NCBI GenBank assembly: GCA_947491025.1
Contig: CANLIC010000014.1
Span: 2,936 to 66,935 of the forward strand
Length of the DNA stretch: 64,000 bases
Source: Myxococcales bacterium
GTDB taxonomy: Bacteria; Myxococcota_A; UBA9042
Direction: 5' to 3'
Part shown: positions 55,602 through 64,000 of the stretch, piece after piece
Numbering within the stretch: position 1 is the stretch's first letter
Layout of the letters: each line of letters starts with the position of its first letter
Notes under the pieces: generated by a model
The model's database searches: none
What the model saw: only the letters and a program-made list of their open reading frames with translations
Told to the model about the DNA's origin: nothing
Translations under genes and position numbers: made by a program

Positions 55602-58600
55602 ATGCCCATGAAGTTCCTGCAAACCAAGGTGCTGAGCCTCGCCGCCCTGCTGGCTGGCGCGTCGCTCGGCTGCAGCGAGGAGACCACGGCGCCCCCAGGC
55701 GGGCCGAGCGGTGAGCTCGTGATCAGCGTCGCCGCGCCGGGCGAGAAGACGCTCGCTGGCGGTGTCGTGGCCGTCGACGGCACGCTGACCGCGAAAGGCG
55801 GCGCCAAGGCGCCGACGATCGTCGCGACCTCCAAGGGAGTGGAGGTTGGCAAGGGCAACGCGGGCGCCTTCAGCTTTCAGTGGGATACGACCAAGCTCGA
55901 CGCCAAGGGCAAGCCGCTCTACAAGGACGGCAACCAGTGCGTGACCCTTTCCGCGTCGGCGAGCAGTGGCGAGTCGGCCTCGGCCAATCGCTGCGTCATC
56001 GTCGACAATACGCTGCCGGTGGTCACGCTGACCTCGCCGACCGACGGCGGCGTCGCCATTGGCAAGCTCCACATCTCGGGCCACTTCCAAGACGCCAACC
56101 TCGGCCTCATCACGGTCCGGGTCGACGACGTCGAGGTCATCGCCTGGTGCGACAAGAAGGCTCCGGCTGGCGATCCGGCCAACTGCATCGAGTGCAAGAA
56201 GCGGCCGGGGATTCGAGCCTGTCTGAGCGGACCGGGTGGCTTCGATTTCGTGATGGATTACGACGGGCAACCGACAAAGAACGTCAACGTGCGGGCGATC
56301 GCAGTCGACCTGCGCAACCAGCAGGCCGAAGCCTCGGCGACGGCGATGGTGCTCAAGGCCCCGCGGTATCAGACCTACCGCCACAATCCGGCGCCGGACA
56401 TCTTGGGCGCCAAGGCGATCAAAACGGCGGATCTCAACGGCGACGGCGTCATCGACGCCATGATTGCAGCGCAGAACGGGCTCTTCGCAGCGTATGGCGA
56501 GACGACGGAAGACGGTAAGGCCCTCGGTCGCCTGGGGCCGGCGGTTCGCCTCGTCGAGGGCGATGTCGGACTGCTCGGCCAAACTGACATCGACGGCGAC
56601 GGCTCGCTGGATCACATCGCCGTCGGCTTGTTTGGTGGCGCCACCAAGGTCGCCGCCTGGTTCAGCCGCAAGGGCGGACCCCAGCTCGCCCAAGAAGTAC
56701 CGATTCCAGGCTTGCCCAAGGCGTTGGCGGTTGGCGATGTCACCAAGGACGGGGTGGCCGACGTGGTGGTGGGCGCCGACGAGGACGCACACGCCTTGAG
56801 CATCCTGCCGATCCACACCAGTGTGCTCTGTCCGACGCCCAAGGAGCCGCAGCGCGCCTGCAAGGACGTTCCCGCCGGCGAGCCACCGGTTTCCGCGCTG
56901 GTGTTCGCGCCGCGCAAGGGCCTGGTCATGGCCGGCGACATCGCGTCGATCGCCATCGGAGATTTCTACTCGAACGATATCTACAAGGATTATCCAGACA
57001 TCGCGGTGGGCCGTGGCAATAAGGGCCTGATGTCGGTGTGCCGCAACAGCGCCAACGGGTTCGAGGCCTGCTACGACACGGCGGTCTCGTCGTGGGTGGC
57101 CGACATGACCGATCTCAAGGGGCTCCTGGCCGTCGACTGGAATCAGGACGGTCAGATGGACCTGATCGCGGGTAGCTCGGGCGCCGGCGTCATCCGCTGG
57201 CTGGTGGGCAAGGGCGACGGCAGCTTCGACTTCGAGCCCGGAAAACATCGCGTCTTCCTTGCCAAGTTCGAGAAGCTGGCGATCGAGCACCTCTCCTCCG
57301 CAGCGCCCGCCGGCGGCGGCATCGACGTCAGCGCGGCCTCGCTGACCATTTTGTCCGAGGGACGTGAGGTGCTGACCATCCCGGTCGATCCGGGGAACGA
57401 CCTGCACGTCGCCACCTGCTTCCGTGGCCACATCGTCGGCGGCTCCATCGCCGACATCGACCCGGCGGACATCACAGGCGACGGCAAGGTCGATATGGTC
57501 GCGCTCGACCTCGCCCCTGTCGGCGTAGCGGTGTCGCCCGGTCGCGGCGACGGCACCTTCGAAGCCAGCGAGGTGCTTAAGGTCTGCGGTCTGCCCGACA
57601 CATCGTGGGTCTTCACCAACGTCGAGGTCTCCAAATTCATCTTCGAAGACCTGACGGCGGACGGAAAGCCCGACCTGCTCATCGCTAGCAAGCCTGGCCG
57701 GGCCCGCACGGAGTCGTGCCCGCCGCTGCCGGGCGCCACCGGCCCCTCGCCGCTGCCGGCCTGGCACTTCGCGCTCTACGCCAACGTCGGCGGCAAGCTC
57801 GACAGCTTCGGCCGCGCCGGCGAGTTCAGCCCCTTCTTCGGCAAGAACAAGGGGCAGGCCGGCATTCCAAAGCAAGATCCGCCGCGCGAGGGTTGCGGCG
57901 ACAAGATGGCGGAGATCGCTGCACTCAAAACCGGTATCTTTGGCAATAAGACGGTCGGCCGCGACCTCGCCATCGCGATCGACCAGGACTATCCGATCGG
58001 CATCCCGGAAGCGCCGGACAAGCTCGACTCGCTGGAGACGGTCAACTACGTCTGCACCGCGCGCGAGTACTATGAAATCGCCAATCACTTCGGGGACAAG
58101 TCGCAGGAGCCCAAAGAAGGCAGCTCGAAGAACCCAGACTTGGCCTGCAAGATCTACAGCCCGATCGACACCAAGCTCGAAAAGCCGGTCACGGGCTTCG
58201 GCAACGGCGCCCCTTGGCAGCGCGCCAGCCTGCTCATCATGCAGGCGGGCGATCCTACGCGGCCCTACGGTATGGCGGCAGAGGCAAAGCCGAAGTCGCC
58301 GGTTGCCATGGCTGCGACCTATGCCCAGAGCGCCGGCAAGCGCCCGATCGACATGATCGTCGGCCCGATGAACAACGACAAGATCGACGACATCGCCACG
58401 GTGATGGGGCCCGTCAGCGCCAACACCGACAAGCAGCACCTCGCGTCGCGCGTACGGTATTTCCGCGGCGACGGCACCGGGCGGGTGCAGGCGGTCTTGT
58501 TCGCCGAGGACTCCAAGCAGGCGAGCTTGATCGGCAAAGACATCCACATTGAAAAACAGGAGCCGATGATCATCACCACGCCTGGCGCGCTCGACGAGTG

Positions 58601-59222
58601 GTCCTTCGTGAACCCAGACTCCAAGCTGATCACGGGCGAGATCAAGGTGACCTACCGCATCCTGCCATCAGCGCCCTTCATGGCGATCGGTTCAGGGTAC
58701 TGCAGCTCGAACCTCATCTCAGTCTTCGCAGCGGGCGTCGGCCAGACCGTGGCGGTGCGCGCCCTCGGCGACATGAAGTTCGACCGCGCCGTCGCCAACT
58801 CGGCGGTCAAGGACGCCAAAGTGCTCGCGACCGGCCAGATGACCAGCGACAACTGCACCGACGTCCTCTACGGCGGTCCCTCGCAGTTCGGCTTCTTTGC
58901 CGGCACGACCAGCCTCTTTGGGCCCAACTCCAGCGTCGCGATCGACCCGACCGCCTACGAGATCGCGGCCGTGGGTGGCGCGGACGTCAACCAGGACAAG
59001 ATCTTCGACCTGGTCGTCGTCGATTCCAAGGCGTCCCGTGTCGAGTTCTACCTCGGCGACGGCAAAGGCGGCTTCCACCGCTTCCAGGTGCCGATCGCGA
59101 TCTCGCCCGCCGGCGGCGCCCTGCAGCAGACGGACCTGGACGGCGACGGCTGCAACGAGATCGCGGTCGCCGGCCTGCGCGGCGTCACGGTGTTGCGCAG
59201 CCTCGGGTGCGCCAAGCCCTAA
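55602..59222 (+). CDS. Large FG-GAP/VCBS (integrin-alpha-like beta-propeller) repeat lipoprotein with N-terminal Ig-like modules
   Basis: ATG 55602 is followed by the lipobox GASLGC. Recurrent FG-GAP signatures are TADLNGDGVIDAMIA, DIDGDGSLDHIAVG, VGDVTKDGVADVVVGA, DWNQDGQMDLIAG, DITGDGKVDMVAL, DLTADGKPDLLIA, GADVNQDKIFDLVVV and TDLDGDGCNEIAV. Confidence 0.88.
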   Translation: MPMKFLQTKVLSLAALLAGASLGCSEETTAPPGGPSGELVISVAAPGEKTLAGGVVAVDGTLTAKGGAKAPTIVATSKGVEVGKGNAGAFSFQWDTTKLDAKGKPLYKDGNQCVTLSASASSGESASANRCVIVDNTLPVVTLTSPTDGGVAIGKLHISGHFQDANLGLITVRVDDVEVIAWCDKKAPAGDPANCIECKKRPGIRACLSGPGGFDFVMDYDGQPTKNVNVRAIAVDLRNQQAEASATAMVLKAPRYQTYRHNPAPDILGAKAIKTADLNGDGVIDAMIAAQNGLFAAYGETTEDGKALGRLGPAVRLVEGDVGLLGQTDIDGDGSLDHIAVGLFGGATKVAAWFSRKGGPQLAQEVPIPGLPKALAVGDVTKDGVADVVVGADEDAHALSILPIHTSVLCPTPKEPQRACKDVPAGEPPVSALVFAPRKGLVMAGDIASIAIGDFYSNDIYKDYPDIAVGRGNKGLMSVCRNSANGFEACYDTAVSSWVADMTDLKGLLAVDWNQDGQMDLIAGSSGAGVIRWLVGKGDGSFDFEPGKHRVFLAKFEKLAIEHLSSAAPAGGGIDVSAASLTILSEGREVLTIPVDPGNDLHVATCFRGHIVGGSIADIDPADITGDGKVDMVALDLAPVGVAVSPGRGDGTFEASEVLKVCGLPDTSWVFTNVEVSKFIFEDLTADGKPDLLIASKPGRARTESCPPLPGATGPSPLPAWHFALYANVGGKLDSFGRAGEFSPFFGKNKGQAGIPKQDPPREGCGDKMAEIAALKTGIFGNKTVGRDLAIAIDQDYPIGIPEAPDKLDSLETVNYVCTAREYYEIANHFGDKSQEPKEGSSKNPDLACKIYSPIDTKLEKPVTGFGNGAPWQRASLLIMQAGDPTRPYGMAAEAKPKSPVAMAATYAQSAGKRPIDMIVGPMNNDKIDDIATVMGPVSANTDKQHLASRVRYFRGDGTGRVQAVLFAEDSKQASLIGKDIHIEKQEPMIITTPGALDEWSFVNPDSKLITGEIKVTYRILPSAPFMAIGSGYCSSNLISVFAAGVGQTVAVRALGDMKFDRAVANSAVKDAKVLATGQMTSDNCTDVLYGGPSQFGFFAGTTSLFGPNSSVAIDPTAYEIAAVGGADVNQDKIFDLVVVDSKASRVEFYLGDGKGGFHRFQVPIAISPAGGALQQTDLDGDGCNEIAVAGLRGVTVLRSLGCAKP

Positions 59223-59229
59223 TGGCGGC

Positions 59230-60252
59230 TCAGCCAGCGGCCTCGCGGCGGGCGTAGAGCGCGTCGATGGTGGCGCGGTCGACGACCACGCGTGTCACGC
59301 GCTCGACCCGCACGTAGACGGCGCCGGCTGGCAACCCCTTGCCCTTGTGGACGTGGCGCGCGTGCGTCCAGGTAATGTCGGCGGCCTCGTCGCGGCCAAC
59401 GCCCGAGAGCCAGGCCACGAGCATCGCCGCTTCGCGCAGGTCGGCCGCCGGGGGCGCCGGCTCCGGTGCGCCCTTGCGGCGAGCGCCGCCGCCACAACGC
59501 AGCAGACCGTGGGCGCCGGCGTGGTCCTTGCGGTGCAGCCAGACATCGCCGCCCCGCGACAGGCGTGTCACCAAGGCGTCGTTGGCGCGGGCATGCCGCC
59601 CGACGAGCATCTCGACGCCCTGCGCGGTCGAGAAGCGCTGCACGCCATCGGGAAGGGGCTTGGCGGGGGGGGCGCGCCGCGGCTTCGGGGCGATGATCGC
59701 GGCAGCGTCGGCGAGCCGCACACCGAGCCCACGGGCGGCGCGCATCAACGTCGTGACGGTGGTCCCGCTCTTGGGCGCGGCAGGCTCGCCATCGGCCTCT
59801 GGAGCGCTGAGCAGCGCCTCCGTCTGCGCTAGCAGCTCGAGGAGCGCCGCGCGCCGAACCTCGGCCGCCGCGAACCGGGCAGCGATCTCTGCCCTCGCCT
59901 GCTCCAGACCGCGCGCCCGCCGGAACAGGCGCTCGACGTTGGCACGCGGCGACAGATCGCGCTGCAGCGGCACCTCGATGGCCTCGTCCGGGGCCCAGGG
60001 AAAGGCCAGCACCACGCGATCGGCGCCGGACGGCACCGCTGCCAGCTGGACCTTCAGCACCTCGCCAGCGCGGCGCAGGGCGCCGGCGTCGTCCGCGCGC
60101 GCGAGGTCGGCTTCAAGGGCGCGGCACAAGCGCTCGACGCGGCGGCAGGCCACACGCAGGCCACGGCCCAGCGCCACTGTGGCCGCACGCTGAGGGGTCG
60201 CCGCATTCTGGGGCTGCTCGCCGGGCGACTTGCCTGCGCGCTCGGCGCTCAT
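59230..60252 (-). CDS. NFACT-R (DUF814) domain protein with an N-terminal coiled-coil region (resembles the C-terminal half of FbpA/RqcH)
   Basis: The DUF814-like segment is GVEMLVGRHARANDALVTRLSRGGDVWLHRKDHAGAHGLL. ATG 60252 overlaps the moaC stop (ATGA). Confidence 0.7.
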   Translation of the reverse strand: MSAERAGKSPGEQPQNAATPQRAATVALGRGLRVACRRVERLCRALEADLARADDAGALRRAGEVLKVQLAAVPSGADRVVLAFPWAPDEAIEVPLQRDLSPRANVERLFRRARGLEQARAEIAARFAAAEVRRAALLELLAQTEALLSAPEADGEPAAPKSGTTVTTLMRAARGLGVRLADAAAIIAPKPRRAPPAKPLPDGVQRFSTAQGVEMLVGRHARANDALVTRLSRGGDVWLHRKDHAGAHGLLRCGGGARRKGAPEPAPPAADLREAAMLVAWLSGVGRDEAADITWTHARHVHKGKGLPAGAVYVRVERVTRVVVDRATIDALYARREAAG

Positions 60253-60758
60253 GGCGCGTGGTAGTCGCCACTGCGGCCGCCCCACTTGCGGACCAGCCGA
60301 AGTTGGCCGATCTCGGCGCTGCGATCGACCGCCTTGACCATGTCATAGAGCGCCAAGGCTGCGACGCTGGCTGCGGTCAAAGCCTCCATCTCGACGCCCG
60401 TACGTTCGAATGCCTCGACGCGGGCCTCGATGGCGACGCCGCCGCGCTCCGGAGCCGGCACGACCTCGACGCTGACCCGCGTCAGCCGCAGCGGGTGGCA
60501 GAGGGGGATGAGGTCGGCGGCGCGCTTGGCGGCGGCGATCCCGGCGATGCGCGCGACGGCCAGGGCGTCGCCCTTGCGCAGGGTCGAGTCTTCGATGGCG
60601 CGCAGGGCAACCGGCGACAACGTCACGAACGCGCTGGCGATCGCGCCCCGTGAGGTCTCGGCCTTGGCGCCAACGTCGACCATATGGGCGGCACCCCGGC
60701 CGTCGAGGTGGGTCAATGTTGCGGCCGCTGCGGACCCGGCTGCCTCAGGTCCCGCCAT
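60249..60758 (-). CDS. moaC: Cyclic pyranopterin monophosphate synthase
   Basis: Motifs are LTHLDGRGAAHMVDVGAK, LIPLCHPL and GVEMEALTAASVAALALYDMVKA. The start is ATG 60758, or alternatively 60779, and overlaps the fbp 3' end. Confidence 0.92.
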   Translation of the reverse strand: MAGPEAAGSAAAATLTHLDGRGAAHMVDVGAKAETSRGAIASAFVTLSPVALRAIEDSTLRKGDALAVARIAGIAAAKRAADLIPLCHPLRLTRVSVEVVPAPERGGVAIEARVEAFERTGVEMEALTAASVAALALYDMVKAVDRSAEIGQLRLVRKWGGRSGDYHAP

Positions 60759-61752
60759 GCTCGACCTCGCAGGCCTCAAACCGCTCGACGTCGGCCTTGC
60801 CGCCGATGATCAGCGGTACGCGCGTGTGCAGCCCGTCGGGCACCAGGTCGAGGATGCGCCGGCGTCCATCGCTGGCCGCGCCGCCCGCCGCCTCGATGAT
60901 CATCGCCAGCGGTTGTGCCTCGTAGAGCAGACGCAGCTTGCCGTTCGGCGAGGCGCTGTCGGCCGGATAGAGGAAGACGCCACCGTAGATCAAGTTGCGG
61001 TGGAAGTCCGCGACCAAAGAGCCGATGTAGCGCGTCGTGGTCTTCTTGTAGCGCGGCTCAGCGTGGTCCGTGACCAGGTCGACGAAGGCGCGGGTCCCCG
61101 GCGACCACAAGGCGCGGTTGCTGACGTTGGCCGAGATGCACTTGGCCCGATCCGGGAGTCGCATGTCGGGATGGCTCAAGAGGTATTCGCCGACGCCAGG
61201 GTCGAGCGTGAAGCCGTCGACCGCCTGACCCGTCGTGTACACGAACATCGTCGAGCTGCCGTACACCGCGTAGCCCGCGGCTACCAGCGCCGACCCGGGC
61301 TGGAGGAAGTCCTGCAGCCTCGCCTCACGGCCCACCTCAGGCCGCCGGAAGATCGAGAAGATCGTGCCGATCGTGACGTTGACGTCGATGTTGGTCGAGC
61401 CGTCCAAGGGGTCGAAGCACACGAGGTAGCGGCCGTTGAGCCGGCCGGCGCGCGTCGGCAGGAAGTCGTCCTCTTCCTCGGAGGCGAGCGCCGCCACCAT
61501 CGGCAGGTCATCGAGCAGGCCGATGAGCATGTCGTTGGCGATGACGTCGAGCTTCTGGACCTCTTCGCCCTGGACGTTGGTCTCGCCGGTCTTGCCGAGG
61601 ACGTTGATCAGCCCGGCCCGGGAGACTTGCCGCGAGACGACCTTGGTCGCGGTGGCGATGTGGCTGAGAAGGATGGTGAAATCGCCTGTCGCTTCGCGAT
61701 GCTGGCGCGCGCGCTGCAGGATGTGCCGCGACAGGGTGATGAAGTCGGCCAT
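60745..61752 (-). CDS. fbp: Fructose-1,6-bisphosphatase class 1
   Basis: Motifs are ASEEEDD, FDPLDGSTNIDVNVTIGTIFSI and GKLRLLYEAQPLAMIIEAAGG. Confidence 0.95.
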   Translation of the reverse strand: MADFITLSRHILQRARQHREATGDFTILLSHIATATKVVSRQVSRAGLINVLGKTGETNVQGEEVQKLDVIANDMLIGLLDDLPMVAALASEEEDDFLPTRAGRLNGRYLVCFDPLDGSTNIDVNVTIGTIFSIFRRPEVGREARLQDFLQPGSALVAAGYAVYGSSTMFVYTTGQAVDGFTLDPGVGEYLLSHPDMRLPDRAKCISANVSNRALWSPGTRAFVDLVTDHAEPRYKKTTTRYIGSLVADFHRNLIYGGVFLYPADSASPNGKLRLLYEAQPLAMIIEAAGGAASDGRRRILDLVPDGLHTRVPLIIGGKADVERFEACEVEHGGT

Positions 61753-61842
61753 CGTCGCCCTCCTCGCCAGCGGATTCGCGCTAGCGATCCCTGCGTAGCA
61801 GAGCGGGCTCTGGATTCCAAGCCATCGCGCACCGACGACGGC

Positions 61843-63177
61843 TCAGCGCTGCGGCGCAGGGGCAGGGCGGCCGGTGGGGCGGGGGCGCGACTCCGTGGAG
61901 CTGTCGCTGTTGCTGCTGCCGCCGCGCGAGGTCGAACCGCCGCTGCGGGGCGCGGGGGCATAGGGGCCACTGCCGCGATTGGTCGGCGCGGAGGCTCCGG
62001 GCGATGGCGCGGGAGCCGGGGCGGGGCGCGGCTCGTACGTCGGCGCCGGGCGCGGCTGGTAGGTCGGCGCGGGACGCGGCTCGTACGTCGGCGCAGGGCG
62101 CGCCTCGGGAGCGGGCGCGGGACGCGGCTCGTAGGTCGGCGCAGGACGCGGCTCGTAGGTCGGCGCAGGACGCGGCTCGTAGGTCGGCGCAGGACGGGTC
62201 TCTGGTTGGGGCGTGGGCCGCTCTTCGTAACGAGGCTGGGCCGGCCGCTCCTGGTAGCCCGGCTGCGTGGGTCGCTCCTCATAGCGCGGCTGCGCCGGGC
62301 GTTCCTCGTAGCGCGGTTGCGCTGGCCGCTCCTCATTGCGCGGCTGGTAGGGAGTCCGTGGTGAGGTGCTGTTGCCCACCCCACCACCGGCGGCGGCTCC
62401 AGATCCCATCCGCGCCCGCGGCACTGCGCTCGGCACGGTCGCGATCTGGCGCGGCTGCACCGGCTGGCCCGTCCAGGCCTCAGCCTCGCGAGCCGAGGGC
62501 CCCGCGTTGTAGACGACGGTGCGGCCGTTGCCACTCTGCACGCGGCCCTGACTGCCGATCACGACCGAGGTCTGATAGACGGTCTGGGCGTGCTGCGGCA
62601 CCACCACGACGGTCTGGACATTGTGCACGTGGATGTGCTGTGACTCCACGAAGACCCAGTAGTTCGCGGTGTTGTACACCACGCCGCCGGGCCCAAGCGG
62701 CGCCCAGCCGACGCAGCCACCGCCCGAGCGCCAGACCACCCATGAGGGAGCCCAGTCGTTGCCGGGCACCCAGACCCAGCCACCGAGGCTGGTTTCCCAG
62801 CCCCAGCGTCCATAGTGGTAGGTCGCCCAGCCCCACTCTTCGCTGGAGTTCCAGGTCCAGCCGTAGTCGGTGTAGACCCAGCCGCCGATCGTGTAAGGCC
62901 GCCAGCCAGGGGTTCGATTCGCATACGGAATCCAAACCCGCCCCCAGGAAGCGGAAACGGACCATGAACCGTACGCCGAGAGCTCGTGGAAGGCGCCGCC
63001 AGACTGCTGGGCTTGCGCTGATCCGCCGCCGTAGTAGGCAACACCGGGATCTTGCTGGTAATACATGGGGCCGCACGCGCTGAGGGCCAGGCTGAGGCAG
63101 GCGATCGCCATCGTCCATGTGGCAGGCGCACCTAGAATGGCGGCTCGGCGGGTTGGCGCTGGGGTGGGTCCACTCAT
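61843..63177 (-). CDS. YXWGXW-repeat lipoprotein with a Pro-rich tandem-repeat tail
   Basis: The lipobox is LSLALSAC. The Trp-rich core is YGWTWNSSEEWGWATYHYGRWGWETSLGGWVWVPGNDWAPSWVVW. The tail has EERPAQPRY x4-5 followed by RPAPTYEP x8. Confidence 0.85.
   Translation of the reverse strand: MSGPTPAPTRRAAILGAPATWTMAIACLSLALSACGPMYYQQDPGVAYYGGGSAQAQQSGGAFHELSAYGSWSVSASWGRVWIPYANRTPGWRPYTIGGWVYTDYGWTWNSSEEWGWATYHYGRWGWETSLGGWVWVPGNDWAPSWVVWRSGGGCVGWAPLGPGGVVYNTANYWVFVESQHIHVHNVQTVVVVPQHAQTVYQTSVVIGSQGRVQSGNGRTVVYNAGPSAREAEAWTGQPVQPRQIATVPSAVPRARMGSGAAAGGGVGNSTSPRTPYQPRNEERPAQPRYEERPAQPRYEERPTQPGYQERPAQPRYEERPTPQPETRPAPTYEPRPAPTYEPRPAPTYEPRPAPAPEARPAPTYEPRPAPTYQPRPAPTYEPRPAPAPAPSPGASAPTNRGSGPYAPAPRSGGSTSRGGSSNSDSSTESRPRPTGRPAPAPQR
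62005..62334 (-). repeat. Two adjacent families of coding tandem repeats: 24-bp units (62005-62196, including three perfect copies at 62121-62192) and 27-bp units (62197-62334)
   Basis: The plus-strand unit gacgcggctcgtaggtcggcgcag is repeated perfectly three times. The flanking units are diverged. Confidence 0.9.
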
Positions 63178-63392
63178 GACATCCTCCTCGATCGGCGCGG
63201 CGGCCGCCTCCTCCGAACGCGCACGCGCGGCGGGCGATTCAACTGCGCGGTGATGCTGGCAGTGACGCGCGGCCAGGGCAAGCCGTTTCGTCTTCACCGA
63301 CCGGCAGATCGCCGCCCTGCGCTTGTCTGCGACCCTGCCCTGGCGATAGGCTAGCGCGGACATCGCTCGCGGTTGCGGGCGCGCAGGTGGTG

Positions 63393-63764
63393 ATGGCCTA
63401 CGTTATCAGCCGGTTGTGTCGAGATTGCCTGGACTTGGGCTGCGTCGAGGTGTGCCCCGTCGAGTGCATCTACGAGCTCGTCGGCCCGCCGGATGCCGAC
63501 CACCCCCGCCAGCTCTACATCCACCCCACCGAGTGCATCAATTGCAGCGCGTGTGAGCCCGAATGCCCCTGGGGCGCCATCTACGAGGACCAGGAGCTGC
63601 CGGCGGTGCTGGCCGAGGATGCCGTCCTGAACGCCGCCTCCGCTCGGGAGGCCTCGCGCTTCCAGGTCGCAAAAATTGCACGCGACGAGCTCGGCCGCAT
63701 CGTTCACAAGCCGCGCCCAACGTCAGAGCAGGTGGCGGCGAACAAGAAGCGGTGGGACCTCTGA
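63393..63764 (+). CDS. fdxA: 7Fe (3Fe-4S plus 4Fe-4S) ferredoxin, FdxA type
   Basis: The sequence reads MAYVISRLCRDCLDLGCVEVCPVECIYE...IHPTECINCSACEPECPWGAIY. Confidence 0.88.
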   Translation: MAYVISRLCRDCLDLGCVEVCPVECIYELVGPPDADHPRQLYIHPTECINCSACEPECPWGAIYEDQELPAVLAEDAVLNAASAREASRFQVAKIARDELGRIVHKPRPTSEQVAANKKRWDL

Positions 63765-64000
63765 TCGCGCGCCGTGGCCAGACGATTCGGCGCGCGCTCG
63801 GCCTCTTCAGCTTGGTGTGGGCGCTTGGCTGCGGGGGAGCTCAGGTCCGCGAGGCGCCGCAGACGCCGCTCCAGCGGGCCCGGCAGGCGCTGGACCAGGG
63901 TCGGCTCAGCGACGCAGAGGCGGCGATCGCTGCCGACGCAGACGCCGGCCAGCGCGAGGCGGTGCTGCTGTGGGCGGAGATCGCCATGCGCGGCGGGCGC
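63752..64000 (+). CDS. Lipoprotein, possibly TPR-like (3' end lies outside the window)
   Basis: GTG 63752 gives MGPLIARRGQTIRRALGLFSLVWALGCGG (lipobox), then LQRARQALDQGRLSDAEAAIAADA. This ORF is not in the ORF track because it runs off the window end. Confidence 0.5.
   Translation, partial: MGPLIARRGQTIRRALGLFSLVWALGCGGAQVREAPQTPLQRARQALDQGRLSDAEAAIAADADAGQREAVLLWAEIAMRGGR

Noticed and set aside
55467-58547. A 1,026-aa minus-strand ORF antisense to the FG-GAP gene. Similar giant ORFs in the track include 7743-10379(-), 20334-22073(-), 24531-26720(-), 24794-27040(+), 50960-53098(-), 60430-62364(+) and the 5251-6798 part of the 797-aa plus ORF.
   Set aside because: Their products are Arg/Ala/Gly/Pro-dominated with no motifs. 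Each lies opposite, or out of frame with, a gene that has clear family signatures. Stop-poor shadow frames are expected at ~70% G+C.

Overview
This is a 64-kb, roughly 70% G+C, gene-dense chromosomal segment. I support about 49 CDS on both strands, many with 1-13 bp start/stop overlaps that indicate operons. The base composition, the many lipobox proteins, the CxDGNxCTxDxC cysteine repeats, the CNGxDDDCDG (MopE-like) motifs and the YXWGXW and FG-GAP proteins point to Myxococcota, probably Polyangia-like; this is inference only. The housekeeping backbone is rluB-wecB, ybeY-phoH, ssb, tilS-ftsH-folP, lysC, fbp-moaC, plant-type gshA, a yhhQ-like gene and a 7Fe ferredoxin. Between these sit many secreted or lipoprotein genes with domains better known from eukaryotic extracellular matrix: a fibrinogen/COLFI-like domain, a PHM-type copper monooxygenase, lamin-tail plus thrombospondin type-3 repeats, an exact-spacing somatomedin-B domain, and FG-GAP/integrin-like repeats. 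I found no rRNA, tRNA, CRISPR array, transposase or integrase. Most long ORFs in the six-frame track are GC-driven shadow frames (Arg/Pro/Ser/Ala-rich) and are not reported. The candidates I consider most worth a second look are: (1) the operon 20283-26636, where a MacB/Lol-type ABC exporter has a permease ectodomain carrying a 22-Cys insertion and is followed by a hyper-cysteine lipoprotein, with no membrane-fusion adaptor; (2) the LTD/TSP3 lipoprotein plus SMB-domain lipoprotein pair (28674-31972), directly upstream of a sensor cyclase with guanylyl-cyclase-type specificity residues (Glu/Gly); (3) a PHM-like copper monooxygenase mini-operon next to a fibrinogen-like Cys-repeat protein; (4) a TonB receptor, CXXCH lipoprotein and PhyH dioxygenase cluster; (5) a ComEA-like ORF with no stop codon that runs antisense through all of lysC. 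I could not run any database search or folding, so all family assignments come from motif recognition by eye.
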